From contig JBGTHM010000053.1 in the NCBI GenBank assembly GCA_041746255.1, positions 32,001 to 96,000 of the forward strand: a stretch of 64,000 bases of DNA, written 5' to 3'. The notes beneath the pieces were generated by a model. The model was given only the letters and a program-made list of their open reading frames with translations, was not told the DNA's origin and made no database searches. Every line of letters begins with the position of its first letter. Position 1 is the first letter of the stretch. Position numbers and translations under genes: made by a program. Of the stretch, positions 9,208 to 19,625 are shown piece by piece. This stretch comes from Fibrobacteria bacterium (lineage in GTDB: Bacteria > Fibrobacterota > Fibrobacteria > UBA11236).

Positions 9208-9993
9208 TCAGAGCATATCCAGGTACTTTTGGAAAAATTCCGGGGAGATATCGCCCTTCTTGCGCCCCACGATGGCGAAGTAAAACAAGGGCTCTCCTTC
9301 CACGCTCAAGCGATGGCGGTAGCGTTCCAAATGGTATAGATCCAGGTATTCCGAAAAGATGAGTTCTCGAATCATGCGCGAAAAACCGCTGGAGTCGGTG
9401 TTCGCCAAAAAAGATTCTTTGATATTGAAGGCTACCCACCCCTGGGGCTGGATGATGTTAAAGGCCTGGATGAAAGCCTTGGGAGGAATATCCCCAAAAC
9501 CCAAGGCAGCTACCGTGATTAGGCAATTCAGCGACCAGGATTCCAACTCTTCTTTTTCATCCTCATTGAGATTGCAGAAATCGGCAATGTAATAGGCATC
9601 ATAAACCGCCGGTCTATCCCTTTCGGTAGCCTCCTTTGCCTCGGTGATGATGTCCACGCCTACCATGCGCGATACCCCGAGCTTTTGCAGGGATTCCCCC
9701 ATCATTCCGTTGCCGGCGCCCAAATCCAACACCCTCATTTCAGAAAAATTTTCCTGGGCATGATCCGTAGTGGATTTCAGGATTTTCGTTACGACCTCCG
9801 GTGAGTTGCATTTGAGCCTGTCGTAAAAAACCTGCTCATACAATCCCGGAAACTTGAATATTTCCGAGTAATCATGAAAGCGGATTTTTCGTTTTCCGGA
9901 GGATTCGTGGAGGTAAAAAAAGACTTCGTTTTGCATGAGGTCGTGCGACCCTATTTGGGGGAACTGAATCTTGTAGCGTTTGTTGTTGACCAT
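9208..9993 (-). CDS. Class I SAM-dependent methyltransferase
   Basis: RVLDLGAGNG motif I; VGVDI motif II. Confidence 0.85.
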   Translation of the reverse strand: MVNNKRYKIQFPQIGSHDLMQNEVFFYLHESSGKRKIRFHDYSEIFKFPGLYEQVFYDRLKCNSPEVVTKILKSTTDHAQENFSEMRVLDLGAGNGMMGESLQKLGVSRMVGVDIITEAKEATERDRPAVYDAYYIADFCNLNEDEKEELESWSLNCLITVAALGFGDIPPKAFIQAFNIIQPQGWVAFNIKESFLANTDSSGFSRMIRELIFSEYLDLYHLERYRHRLSVEGEPLFYFAIVGRKKGDISPEFFQKYLDML

Positions 9994-10305
9994 GCGACTC
10001 CTATTAAAGGGTTATACAGAACTTGGAAATCCGGTTCGGATGCGATTGTTGTTATTTCCCCCGAGGGGATGGCTTTCCGGTGCTATCGCAGATTAATATG
10101 GCGAATACCGAGGCAGGGGGGTATCCGGTGGGTGAAAAAAAAGAAATTTGGGCGAGAAGTGCAAGTTTTTACCAAATATGCCGATTACTGCGTGAAAAGG
10201 CTTCTAGGCGACGAATTTTTACAATATCTCCCGGTGAAACCTTACAAGCGAGGTTATTATCAAGGGAAGCTTTCTAGACTAGGGGTTCAAAGGCGCCATC
10301 GTATC

Positions 10306-11016
10306 ATGCAAAATGAACTGAAAATCCAAGTCGCAGAATTACGGAGACGCTTGCAGCAGTCGCCCGGCGATGCTTCCCTCCTGGGTGAATTGTCGGATTT
10401 ACTCCTCGGGGCGGGAAAAATCGCCGCCGCTATGAATATTTTGGAGCGGAATTGGGTGAACGGTGATTCCGCCCCTGCTTCGGTTTCTGCAAGTGAAAGG
10501 GGAGAGGAGCGGGCGCGCCGGGCTTTTGAGCAAGGGTTGGATTTCGCCGATGCCTACCTTTATGAAGAGGCGGTATCGGCTTTCGAGAATGCCTTGCGGG
10601 AAGGTATGGACAGTTTCGAATTGCATTATTGTCTGGCTGGAGTGTGTAAAAGCCTTGACGATATCGCTCGCGCCATGACCCATTGCCGTAAAGCCATTGA
10701 CTGCAATCCGGCTTTCCCCCCCGCTTTCATCCTCCTGGGCGGGCTCTATCGCGAGAAAGCCCGCTATTCCGAATCGATTCAGGCCTGTAAAAAGGCTATT
10801 CTCCTCGATCCGGACTGTGTAACGGCCTATTATGACCTAGCCTGCTATTACACCCTGTCGGGTGAATATGAAAAGGCTCTCGCTGCTCTCGAAATGGCGT
10901 TATGCAAAGGCTTCAGCGACTTCGACTGGATTCAGCGCGACGTGGATTTACAAACCTTGCGACCCCGGCCGGAATTCGAGCTGCTTCTAAAAACCTACCG
11001 TTCCAGCGCCGCCTGA
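10306..11016 (+). CDS. Tetratricopeptide repeat protein
   Basis: Several TPRs ending in YYDLACYY..G..EKAL..LE.AL..GFSDFDWIQRD.DL. Start at 10306 avoids overlap with the divergent methyltransferase gene. Confidence 0.8.
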   Translation: MQNELKIQVAELRRRLQQSPGDASLLGELSDLLLGAGKIAAAMNILERNWVNGDSAPASVSASERGEERARRAFEQGLDFADAYLYEEAVSAFENALREGMDSFELHYCLAGVCKSLDDIARAMTHCRKAIDCNPAFPPAFILLGGLYREKARYSESIQACKKAILLDPDCVTAYYDLACYYTLSGEYEKALAALEMALCKGFSDFDWIQRDVDLQTLRPRPEFELLLKTYRSSAA

Positions 11017-11234
11017 AATCCCGCCCGCGTCTTCGGGGCATCGCAAACTTCCGCTCCCACTTACAATCCCGGCTCACTTTGCTATATTGGTGCCGCTTTC
11101 GTCTATTTGCGCTCTGGGTCGTCGGGTTGAGGCGGCCATGGTCTGTGCGGAATGCAGACTTTAAGCGCTTTTTTCGCGTCAGTCTTTCGAGATTGCACTT
11201 ACATTCAGCCGTAAAATGAAAAGGTCCGTCTTGC

Positions 11235-13982
11235 ATGAAAAGAGATAACCGGCTTCGCATTGTGGTGATTTTAGCGGTTCTGGCCCTTTCGGTCTGGAGC
11301 CTTATCCCCAGCATTCGGGTTTTCATGAAACCCGCAGAACCCACCCTCCCACTTGAAATGCGTGAGCGTGAAATTTTCAAGCGCGAGAATCCGAATATCG
11401 CCAACAAGTCCATCAACCTGGGATTGGACCTCGCGGGCGGCACGCATATCATCGTTGAGGTTCAAAAAGACCAGGTTTCCGAAGACGAACGCTTCGACGT
11501 GGTCGATCGGTCCCTGGAAATCCTGCGCAATCGTGTCGATCAATACGGATTGAGCGAACCCATTATCACCCGTTCGGGCGAAAACCGCATTATCGCCTCG
11601 CTGGCGGGAATGGGCGCCGAGGAGGCGCGCAGCCTCATCGGAGCGACGGCACAGCTCGAATTCAAATTATTGGTCGAACCGTCCGAATTTCGCAGCGTGT
11701 TGAACAGGGTTGATGCCCATCTGACTCGAAACCCCGGATTGATCAGCGGGTTGAAAATCGATCCCGGTTCCCCCGTCCGCACTGAAGTCGAGAGCGTATT
11801 CGGCCGCGTAGTCGAAGAAGATGAGAGCAGGCCAACCACCATCGGCGATGCGGACTCCCTTTCCGGCGCCGACTCCCTCACCGCAACCGACACCAGCGCC
11901 CTGGCAAAATCGGCGCAGGACGTCACCGACTCCCTTGAGGGGGCTTTCGCCGACGAGGACGAAACCGCCGAGGAATTTTATCAAAACCGCCCCTTCGGCT
12001 CATTGCTCATGGGCGTGGGTCGCGATATCGGAGTCCGGGCCGACAATGTCTCCAAGGTGGAGCGTATCCTCAAAGAACCGTCGGTCAAGCAAGCCGTACC
12101 GCATCGTTATCAATTCGTTTGGGGCCGCGAGTTGGAGACCCTCGATGACGGCACCAAATACAAACGCCTTTACCTGTTGAAAGCCCGTCCGGAGATGACC
12201 GGGTCTTATATCGCCAACGCCGAATTCAACCGCATCACTTCCGGCCTGAATGCGGGCGAGATGGAAGTGGGACTCTCCTTCAAAGGATTGGGGCCTAAGG
12301 AATTTGCGCGCATCACCGGCGCGAACGTGGGCCGTCAATTGGCTATCGTACTGGACTCGGTGGTCTATTCGGCGCCGGTCATTCAGGGGCGAATTTCCCA
12401 GGGGCGGGCCTCTATCACGGGAATCAACGATTTCAACGAGGCCAAACGCCTGGCGGTAACTTTACGCGCCGGCTCCCTGCCGGCTCCCATGGAAATCGTG
12501 GAGTTGCGTTCCGTCGGGCCCACCTTGGGTGAAGAGAATATTCAAAAGGGAATGAATGCCGGTCTCATCGCCATGTTAATGGTGGCGGCTTTCATGCTCA
12601 TTTATTATCGCGGCGCGGGTTTGGTCGCCAATATCGCGCTGTTCTTCAACATCGTCATCATCGGCGCCGTGTTAAGCGCTTTTCACGCGACCTTGACTTT
12701 GCCCGGCATAGCCGGCATCGTGCTGACCATCGGCATGGCCGTAGATGCCAATGTCATTATTTACGAACGTATCCGGGAGGAGTTGGCCACCGGTCGTTCG
12801 GTACGGGCGGCCATCGACGCCGGTTACCAAAAAGCATTTTCCGCCATTTTCGATTCGAATATTACAACCTTGGGAACGGCGGCCGTGTTGTATTATATCG
12901 GCGTGGGTCCCATCAAGGGATTCGGCCTTACCCTGATGATCGGTCTGGCCGCTTCCATGTTCACCTCCATCTACGTCACACGGGTCATTTTCGACATCGC
13001 GGTGGAAAAAACGGGAGCCAAATCACTCTCGCTCGGCAATGGTCTTCCCTTCCTGAACAAGGTCAATCTTTCCGTTATACCGAAGGCCAAAATCTGGGCG
13101 GGGATATCCGGGGCGGTTTTATTGGGTTGTTTCGTCGCGGTCATCGCGCGCGGCGGCCTCAATTATGGAATCGACTTCACCGGCGGAAATCTGTATCAAG
13201 TGGCTTTTGAACAGACTCCCGATGTTGAATCCATTCGCTCACAAATCGAGGCGAAAGGCTTGGCTTCGCCCAAGGTGCAAACCCTGGGTGGTGGAGATGC
13301 CAACGAGCTGCTTATCAGCCTACCCAAGGCGGATGATGACGCGCAAGCCCGTCGAATCGTGCAAGAGGTGGTGGGCAATGCGCAAATCGTCAATGAAGAA
13401 ACGGTAGGCCCGACCATCGGCGCGGATTTGAAAATGGCTGCGATTTGGGCCACCATCATCTCCTTGATCATCATCGTACTTTATGTTTGGTTCCGCTTCG
13501 GCCGGGTCGGGCTTGGGTTCGGAATCGCGGCGGTGATCGCCTTGGCTCACGACGCTTTGTTCACTGTGGGATTTTTCAGTCTCATGGGGAGAGAGATCTC
13601 ACTGACCTTCGTCGCGGCGGTATTGACCATCATCGGTTTTTCGCTCAACGACACCATCGTCATCTTCGACCGTATCCGCGAAAATACCGGTACGCTGGGT
13701 AAGGACAGTTATGCGAAAAGGGTCAACGATTCGGTGAATCAGACTTTCAACCGTACTATCATTACTTCATTGACCACATTTATGGCGGTTGCGGTGCTGT
13801 ACTTCTTCGGAGGCTCAAGTATCCGGGACTTCAACATCGCCATGATGGCGGGAATCATCTCGGGCGTATACTCGACGCTCGCCGTGGCCTCCCCCTTCGT
13901 AGTTTGGTGGCATAGACGCAACGTGGCCTCCGCCGCTTCGGCTCCTTCCAAGGCGGCGATAGCAGCCGCCAAAAAGTCTTAG
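11235..13982 (+). CDS. secDF: Protein translocase subunit SecDF (fused)
   Basis: LGLDLAGG, RVDQYGLSEP, GMAVDANVIIYERIREE, GIDFTGG, GFSLNDTIVIFDRIRE. Confidence 0.97.
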   Translation: MKRDNRLRIVVILAVLALSVWSLIPSIRVFMKPAEPTLPLEMREREIFKRENPNIANKSINLGLDLAGGTHIIVEVQKDQVSEDERFDVVDRSLEILRNRVDQYGLSEPIITRSGENRIIASLAGMGAEEARSLIGATAQLEFKLLVEPSEFRSVLNRVDAHLTRNPGLISGLKIDPGSPVRTEVESVFGRVVEEDESRPTTIGDADSLSGADSLTATDTSALAKSAQDVTDSLEGAFADEDETAEEFYQNRPFGSLLMGVGRDIGVRADNVSKVERILKEPSVKQAVPHRYQFVWGRELETLDDGTKYKRLYLLKARPEMTGSYIANAEFNRITSGLNAGEMEVGLSFKGLGPKEFARITGANVGRQLAIVLDSVVYSAPVIQGRISQGRASITGINDFNEAKRLAVTLRAGSLPAPMEIVELRSVGPTLGEENIQKGMNAGLIAMLMVAAFMLIYYRGAGLVANIALFFNIVIIGAVLSAFHATLTLPGIAGIVLTIGMAVDANVIIYERIREELATGRSVRAAIDAGYQKAFSAIFDSNITTLGTAAVLYYIGVGPIKGFGLTLMIGLAASMFTSIYVTRVIFDIAVEKTGAKSLSLGNGLPFLNKVNLSVIPKAKIWAGISGAVLLGCFVAVIARGGLNYGIDFTGGNLYQVAFEQTPDVESIRSQIEAKGLASPKVQTLGGGDANELLISLPKADDDAQARRIVQEVVGNAQIVNEETVGPTIGADLKMAAIWATIISLIIIVLYVWFRFGRVGLGFGIAAVIALAHDALFTVGFFSLMGREISLTFVAAVLTIIGFSLNDTIVIFDRIRENTGTLGKDSYAKRVNDSVNQTFNRTIITSLTTFMAVAVLYFFGGSSIRDFNIAMMAGIISGVYSTLAVASPFVVWWHRRNVASAASAPSKAAIAAAKKS

Positions 13983-13986
13983 GCTT

Positions 13987-14006
13987 TTCCCGCGGCTCGG
14001 CGGGAA
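13987..14006. terminator. Hairpin between convergent genes, possible terminator
   Basis: TTCCCGC-GGCTCG-GCGGGAA just after the secDF stop. Confidence 0.45.
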
Positions 14007-14023
14007 TCTTCGGTGGCCGCTTC

Positions 14024-14584
14024 TTACTGTCTTTGCAGAAGACGGAAGAAGCGGATGGCGAACCGCGTTATTTCGGGATCCAGGGCGCTCGGGAATCGGT
14101 TGGCTTTAATGAGGCCAAGGCCTTCCCGCGCATAGGTGTCGCTGCTTTCGTACTGGTCCATCAATTGATGGATCTCACAAATAATCAAATCGATTTCCAG
14201 CCATGCCATCAAGGCCTTGGTGAGCCGGTGCTCGGTGGTCAGGGATTCCGCCACTTGGCGCGCACGGCAGTAGTAGGCGAGCGCTTCTTCCTTGTCCGAT
14301 TGTTTTCTCGCCAGAGTCAGATTATCGCGAATAAGCTGGGGACCGTATTCCCATTCCTTTTGGTGGAAAAAAAGGTTATGTCTCAGTTCAACCAATTGTT
14401 CCAGGTTGTCGCAATTCTCGGATTCAGCGCAGGGGTCACCTGCCCAATCGGATTGATCGGCTCCCGCGAAAATTTCCATGTTTTCCGAATGCGGCGCACC
14501 CGGAATCCAATCCGTATCCTTAACGGTGGCGGGGATGTCTTCTAGCAAGCTGAGCCAGGTGGCTTTGCTGGAAAAATAGCTCAT
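14024..14584 (-). CDS. Hypothetical protein, helical/TPR-like C-terminus
   Basis: 186-aa ORF with AAGGAG upstream; no family recognised. Confidence 0.6.
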   Translation of the reverse strand: MSYFSSKATWLSLLEDIPATVKDTDWIPGAPHSENMEIFAGADQSDWAGDPCAESENCDNLEQLVELRHNLFFHQKEWEYGPQLIRDNLTLARKQSDKEEALAYYCRARQVAESLTTEHRLTKALMAWLEIDLIICEIHQLMDQYESSDTYAREGLGLIKANRFPSALDPEITRFAIRFFRLLQRQ

Positions 14585-14822
14585 GGGTTTTGTGGCTCCT
14601 TCAACATGAGGATACCATGTATAGTGGTCGCCGCGTCAAGACATCCAGGAAGATGAATTTACGGTTTTTACCGTACCTACCCTTAATTCCTTATAAGACA
14701 GCCACTTGGAGGGCTTAAGGAGCTTGGGGATTTGGGGATTCGCTTGGGGAGTTCGGAAAAATTGAGGCTGCTTTGACGCGGATCATGCTGGGGGAGAGGT
14801 CTTTCCGGCGGGTCTCCGCTGG

Positions 14823-15353
14823 TCATTCCTCCAATTGCATGCGCCGACGATAGGTTTGATGACCGCTCATGATGATCTCGTAGGCGGCTTGCTTACCGTA
14901 CCAGCCGTCGATTTCGACGGATTTACCTTCCAGCTCTTTGTAGTACTTGAAAAAATTCCGGGTTATCTTCAAGAACATGGGATCGATATCTTCGATATCC
15001 GCATAGCGATTGGGATTGAAGACGGGAATTCCCAATAACTTGTAGTCCTTTTTGCCTCCGTCCGTCATATTCAACACACCGACAACCCGGCAGGTCACAA
15101 CCGTTCCGGTCAGCAAGGGAGCGGAATTGAAAACGAGCATGTCCAAGGCATCACCATCGTCGGCATGGGTACTGGGGATGAAGCCGTAACTTGCGGGATA
15201 GTTCATGGAGCTGAGGAGGCACCTATCCAGCCGGAAAATATTCAGCTTTTCATCGTATTCGTATTTGGTGTTGGTGTCTTTGGGAACTTCCACGACGCAC
15301 TCCACGCATTCCGGAGCATTCTCGCCTATGGGTAGATTGAGGTAGTTGGTCAT
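14823..15353 (-). CDS. ppa: Inorganic pyrophosphatase, family I
   Basis: KYEYD, YPASYGFIPST, DGDALD, DGGKKDYK, FFKYYKELE. Confidence 0.95.
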   Translation of the reverse strand: MTNYLNLPIGENAPECVECVVEVPKDTNTKYEYDEKLNIFRLDRCLLSSMNYPASYGFIPSTHADDGDALDMLVFNSAPLLTGTVVTCRVVGVLNMTDGGKKDYKLLGIPVFNPNRYADIEDIDPMFLKITRNFFKYYKELEGKSVEIDGWYGKQAAYEIIMSGHQTYRRRMQLEE

Positions 15354-15416
15354 GGTGTTTTCCTTTTACAATGGCCCTACGGAAAGTATCCTAATTTCTC
15401 AGTGTCAGGTTCCGAA

Positions 15417-16028
15417 TTATTCCGCAGGCTTGCGGAGAATCCAAATCTCCTCCTTGCCGACTCTGTCTTTGAGGCTTTTTTTAGGAGCAATCCTTTCGGT
15501 CACTTCAAATACCCCGTCGAGACGCGCGAGCAATTCTCCCTCCGAAGTGGGATGGGGGGGGCCTGAGAGGGAAGTGGAATTAATAAGGGGGTAGAAAATC
15601 GCGATGATCATGCCATCGGGTTTGAGCATCTTGTCCCATACCTCGAAATATTCGTCCCGTCGTCCCGGATGGATGGCGTTGAAACAGCAATATTCATAGA
15701 TGATGTCGACCGGTTCGGTGCTCTTGGGCGATAAATCGAAAATGTCGATATTGAGAGCCGAAAGCTTGGGGGTCTTTTCCGCCAGGGTGGTCAGTGCCTG
15801 GAAAGCGGTTTGGGAAAAATCCACCGCGAGGGTTTCATGGCCCTTTTTGGTCCAGGCCGTCGCGTCATAGCCGCGACCCGCGCCGGGCACCAGTACGCGC
15901 CCGCTGGACGGACACGAAGGATGTTTGAAAAATTCAAGGAGGGGAGGACTTACTTTGCCCTGGTCCCAGTCGTCTTTTTTGTCCTGGTACATTTTTTCCC
16001 AATATTCGGGTAGGTTCTGTGTCAGCAT
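15417..16028 (-). CDS. Thiopurine/thiol S-methyltransferase (TPMT family)
   Basis: WDQGKVSPPL, RVLVPGAGRGYDA, GPPHP; TGATG coupling to rlmN. Confidence 0.85.
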   Translation of the reverse strand: MLTQNLPEYWEKMYQDKKDDWDQGKVSPPLLEFFKHPSCPSSGRVLVPGAGRGYDATAWTKKGHETLAVDFSQTAFQALTTLAEKTPKLSALNIDIFDLSPKSTEPVDIIYEYCCFNAIHPGRRDEYFEVWDKMLKPDGMIIAIFYPLINSTSLSGPPHPTSEGELLARLDGVFEVTERIAPKKSLKDRVGKEEIWILRKPAE

Positions 16029-17074
16029 CAAGCCACCTTCTTCTGTTCTTTTGCGAGTTGTCCGCATGCGGCGTAAATATCCGGTCCGCGGGCTTTTCTT
16101 CGTAAAACCTGAAAACCGCCTCGATTCAACTCTCGCTCGAAAGCCTCGATTTCCTCTTCGGAAGGGGCTACGAGTCCGGCATTATCACCCTTGTTCAGGG
16201 GAATGAGATTGATCTTGCAATTGCGATGCGAGGCGATATGCCTCAATTCGCGCGCGGCTTCGGTAGTGCAGGTTTTGTCTTTGATAAGAATATATTCGAA
16301 TGTCAGTTTCTGGCCGGTCAGGCGGATGTATTCATCGGCCGCGGCAAATAATTTTTCCAGGGGATAGCGCCGATTAATCGGCATCAGTTCCGACCGCACG
16401 GCATCATTACTCCCGTTGAGGCTGATGGCGAGCTTGATTTCCGGGGCTTTCTCCGCCCATTCCAGGATTTTGGGAACGATTCCCGAAGTGGAAACGGTGA
16501 TTTTACGACGGCTCAAATTGAATCCCGAGGGAGAGATGAGACGTCGGCAGGCACTGACCACGATATCGAGATTTTGCAGCGGCTCTCCCATACCCATGAA
16601 TATGACATTGGTGACGCGCGAGCCGTCTTTATCGCGTAAATGGCGATTTACGAAATGGACCTGCTCCAGGATTTCGCCCAAGGTCAGGTTCCGGATAAAT
16701 CCCATGGTGGCGGTGCGGCAGAAAGTGCAGCCCATGGCGCAGCCGATTTGTGAAGAAACGCAAATGGAGCGACGGCCTTCGCTGGGAATCATCACGGTTT
16801 CGAAAAAATGTCCATCCGGGGTTTCAAAAGCCCACTTAATGGTCCCATCACGGGATTCCTGTACCGAGGCGGTTTTCAAGACCGTGCAAACCGCGCTATT
16901 CCGTAATTTTTCCACCAAGCTCTGCGGTAGGTTGGTCATGCGGTCGAAATCGACTTCCAGATGCTGAAAAAGCCAGTCCTGCAATTGCGCCGCCCGAAAG
17001 GCCGGTTCACCTACCTCAAGCATCAAGCCCTTAAGCTCCTCGGATTCCAAGGCTAACAAATGAGCAGGTTTCAT
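16028..17074 (-). CDS. rlmN: Dual-specificity rRNA/tRNA methyltransferase RlmN (radical SAM)
   Basis: CVSSQIGCAMGCTFC, FMGMGEP, AACGQL. Confidence 0.97.
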   Translation of the reverse strand: MKPAHLLALESEELKGLMLEVGEPAFRAAQLQDWLFQHLEVDFDRMTNLPQSLVEKLRNSAVCTVLKTASVQESRDGTIKWAFETPDGHFFETVMIPSEGRRSICVSSQIGCAMGCTFCRTATMGFIRNLTLGEILEQVHFVNRHLRDKDGSRVTNVIFMGMGEPLQNLDIVVSACRRLISPSGFNLSRRKITVSTSGIVPKILEWAEKAPEIKLAISLNGSNDAVRSELMPINRRYPLEKLFAAADEYIRLTGQKLTFEYILIKDKTCTTEAARELRHIASHRNCKINLIPLNKGDNAGLVAPSEEEIEAFERELNRGGFQVLRRKARGPDIYAACGQLAKEQKKVA

Positions 17075-17205
17075 GACAAAAGCAATGTAGCAAATTTTGC
17101 CCCCCTAACGGGCCTTGAGTGAGTAGGGATTCCCATTGGACGGGCTTTTTAGACCGCCAGTGGATACATTATAAACAAACCCCGAGTGAATTTTATCGAG
17201 ATGCC

Positions 17206-17727
17206 ATGAACAAATTGGAACAACCACAGGCGGCCGTGGCGGTCATCCGTCTACGGGCTTCCACGCCCGAGTATCTGGTCTTGAAAAGAGCGGAGAATCC
17301 CTTGGATCCCTGGTCGGGTCATTTCGCCTTGCCGGGCGGCCGTCGTGATACCGACGATGCCGATTTGCTCGCCACCTGCGTCAGGGAAACGCGGGAAGAA
17401 TGCGGATTCGATTTGCAGGCTTCGCAACTGGTGCGGGAACTCCCCCCTTGGCATGCCGGACGCGCTTCCAACCGAACCACGCTGGTGGCTCCCTATTTAT
17501 TCGAATTGGAGGAAAGGCCCGAGGTAAATATCGATACGCGGGAGATCTGCGCTTACCATTGGGTCTCATCCGCTTATTTTTTGGATGCGTTGAACCATGT
17601 CGAGCATTTTCCTTTTCTGCCGGCATCGACTCTCGCTGTACCCGGTATCCGTCTCGACGGGGGTTATTTATGGGGCTTCACCTACAAGGTACTCTTCGAG
17701 TTGTTGCGGGAAGAAATTTCTCCCTAG
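17206..17727 (+). CDS. NUDIX hydrolase, CoA pyrophosphatase-like
   Basis: DPWSGHFALPGGRR..RETREECG Nudix box; LWGFT. Confidence 0.85.
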   Translation: MNKLEQPQAAVAVIRLRASTPEYLVLKRAENPLDPWSGHFALPGGRRDTDDADLLATCVRETREECGFDLQASQLVRELPPWHAGRASNRTTLVAPYLFELEERPEVNIDTREICAYHWVSSAYFLDALNHVEHFPFLPASTLAVPGIRLDGGYLWGFTYKVLFELLREEISP

Positions 17728-17742
17728 GAATTATCTTTAGGG

Positions 17743-18504
17743 ATGTTCATGAAAAACCCAAGTGTTCCGACCATCCTCCTTTTCGATTTCGACCAAACGC
17801 TCTACCCCTGCACCCTGACCACCCAGGGTGAGGTGGACAAACGCATCTCCTTGTATATCCAAAACTTTCTCGGGCTCTCACCGGAGGGGGCGAACGCCTT
17901 AAGGCGCGAGATGTGGGACGAATTTGGCACCACGCTTCGTGGTTTACAATTGCGGCATGGCGTGGATCCCGATCATTATTGCGATTTCGTGCACGCCATC
18001 GAGGATCACCATCTGCCGCCCCCCGATCCGGCCATGCGCGAGTGGCTCGCGAGACTGGCAAGCCCCGCTTATATTTTTACCAATGCGCGCATGGACTGGA
18101 CGCACAGAAGCTGGCGTTCCATGGACATGGGATCTTTGCCGCCGGGTTTTCCTTATGGTTCCGGGAGACCGGATGATAAACACAGAGATCGGAGCGAAAC
18201 TACCGGGAACTCCCTGCCATTGCCGTCGCCGATATTAGGCATACTCGACATCGCCTTCACCGGTTGGCTGGGTAAGCCGCATAAACAATCCTATGCCATG
18301 GTGGAAGAGCTTCTCAAGCAAATCCATGGCCCGGACATACGCATCGTTTTCGCCGACGATCACCCTGTGAATCTGGTATCCGCCCAGGAAAGGAATTGGT
18401 CGACGGTTTGGATCAGGCCCGAAGGGGCGCTGGCGGAAGCCTGGCGAGGGCGCTTCGATTGGGAGAGCGCTTCCCTGCTCGATCTCGATCCCGGCCGGTG
18501 GTGA
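17743..18504 (+). CDS. HAD hydrolase, pyrimidine 5'-nucleotidase-like
   Basis: FDFDQTLY, GTTLRGL, FTNA, KP, ADD..NL motifs. Confidence 0.85.
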   Translation: MFMKNPSVPTILLFDFDQTLYPCTLTTQGEVDKRISLYIQNFLGLSPEGANALRREMWDEFGTTLRGLQLRHGVDPDHYCDFVHAIEDHHLPPPDPAMREWLARLASPAYIFTNARMDWTHRSWRSMDMGSLPPGFPYGSGRPDDKHRDRSETTGNSLPLPSPILGILDIAFTGWLGKPHKQSYAMVEELLKQIHGPDIRIVFADDHPVNLVSAQERNWSTVWIRPEGALAEAWRGRFDWESASLLDLDPGRW

Positions 18505-19619
18505 TGCGCCTCTTCGTTTCCGCGGGAGAAATTTCGGGCGACCGTATGCTTGCCGCCATCCTCGACCGCTTGGCGAAGGAGTATCCCGGACTGGAACTGC
18601 AAGGGCTCGGGGGCCCGGCAAGCGCCCGCAGGGGGCTACGCTCCTTATTCCCTTTGGAAAAACTTGCTCTCAACGGCATCCTGGACGTGGCCTTATCCGC
18701 GGTTTTCTGCCTGAGGCTTTATCGGACAACGGTAATGCGCATGGTGGAGTTCCGTCCCGACCTGGTTTTGCTGGTGGATTACCCCGGCCTTAATCTGCGG
18801 CTGTTACGCGAGGCCGTAAAACGAGGGTATCGCGTACATTACGTATCGCCCCCCCAGTGGTGGGTTTACCGCGACGTCAACAGGCGTATGCGCCGACACG
18901 GCGCTTATCTCGCACAGGCTTCGTTGCAGACGCTGTATGCTTGCGAATCGGCTCCTTACGCGCAAGCGGGAATGCCGGTAAGCACCGGGCATTTTCTGGA
19001 GGGGCCGCCTCAGCCCGCCGTGGAGGGAGAACGCGACTTGGAAAAGGCGGTGGGAAGGTGTCTGTTGCTGCTGCCGGGGAGTCGTCCGCGGGTGATGCGG
19101 CGCAATCTGCCGGAATGGCTGGCCTCGCTTCCCGTTCCGGAAATCGAAGGAGATGCGTTGCCGCTGAAAATCCTGCTGCCGGATTACTTGGCCGACCAAG
19201 GAAGAAAAATTCTCGCTGCCTCGGGCCGCTCGGGTGAAATTCTCACCGACCGCGACGAGGCTTTCTCCCAGGCCCGCATGGCCCTGGCCTTTCCCGGTAC
19301 CATAACCCTGGAGTTGGCCATGGCCGGCATTCCCGCTGCGGTGGCCGCCGTGGTGGATGCCATCACGATTTTCGCAGCGAAGCGCGTCCTCAGGCAAGGC
19401 CCTCTGGCCTTGCCCAATCGCATATTGGGGAGAATGGTATTTCCGGAATGGGTGGGGCGGTCAAAACACTTTTCCCATGATGCGCTGCGGGGTTTGCTGG
19501 AGAAAATGCCTTCCCTTGCGACCGCGGCCAAGACGCAGGAACAATTGCAGGCCCTATTGGGGCCGCCTCGGGGAGTCGAGACGGCTTTCGAGCAATGCCG
19601 GAGGTTGTTGGCGCGCTAA
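18504..19619 (+). CDS. lpxB: Lipid-A-disaccharide synthase
   Basis: SAGEISGD, VDYPGLN, YVSPPQWW, LLPGSR, GTITLELA, LPN. Confidence 0.85.
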   Translation: MRLFVSAGEISGDRMLAAILDRLAKEYPGLELQGLGGPASARRGLRSLFPLEKLALNGILDVALSAVFCLRLYRTTVMRMVEFRPDLVLLVDYPGLNLRLLREAVKRGYRVHYVSPPQWWVYRDVNRRMRRHGAYLAQASLQTLYACESAPYAQAGMPVSTGHFLEGPPQPAVEGERDLEKAVGRCLLLLPGSRPRVMRRNLPEWLASLPVPEIEGDALPLKILLPDYLADQGRKILAASGRSGEILTDRDEAFSQARMALAFPGTITLELAMAGIPAAVAAVVDAITIFAAKRVLRQGPLALPNRILGRMVFPEWVGRSKHFSHDALRGLLEKMPSLATAAKTQEQLQALLGPPRGVETAFEQCRRLLAR

Positions 19620-19625
19620 CCTGCG

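Noticed and set aside
9874..10305. Long N-terminal extension of the TPR ORF
   Set aside because: Overlaps the divergent methyltransferase start and promoter region; ATG 10306 is more plausible.
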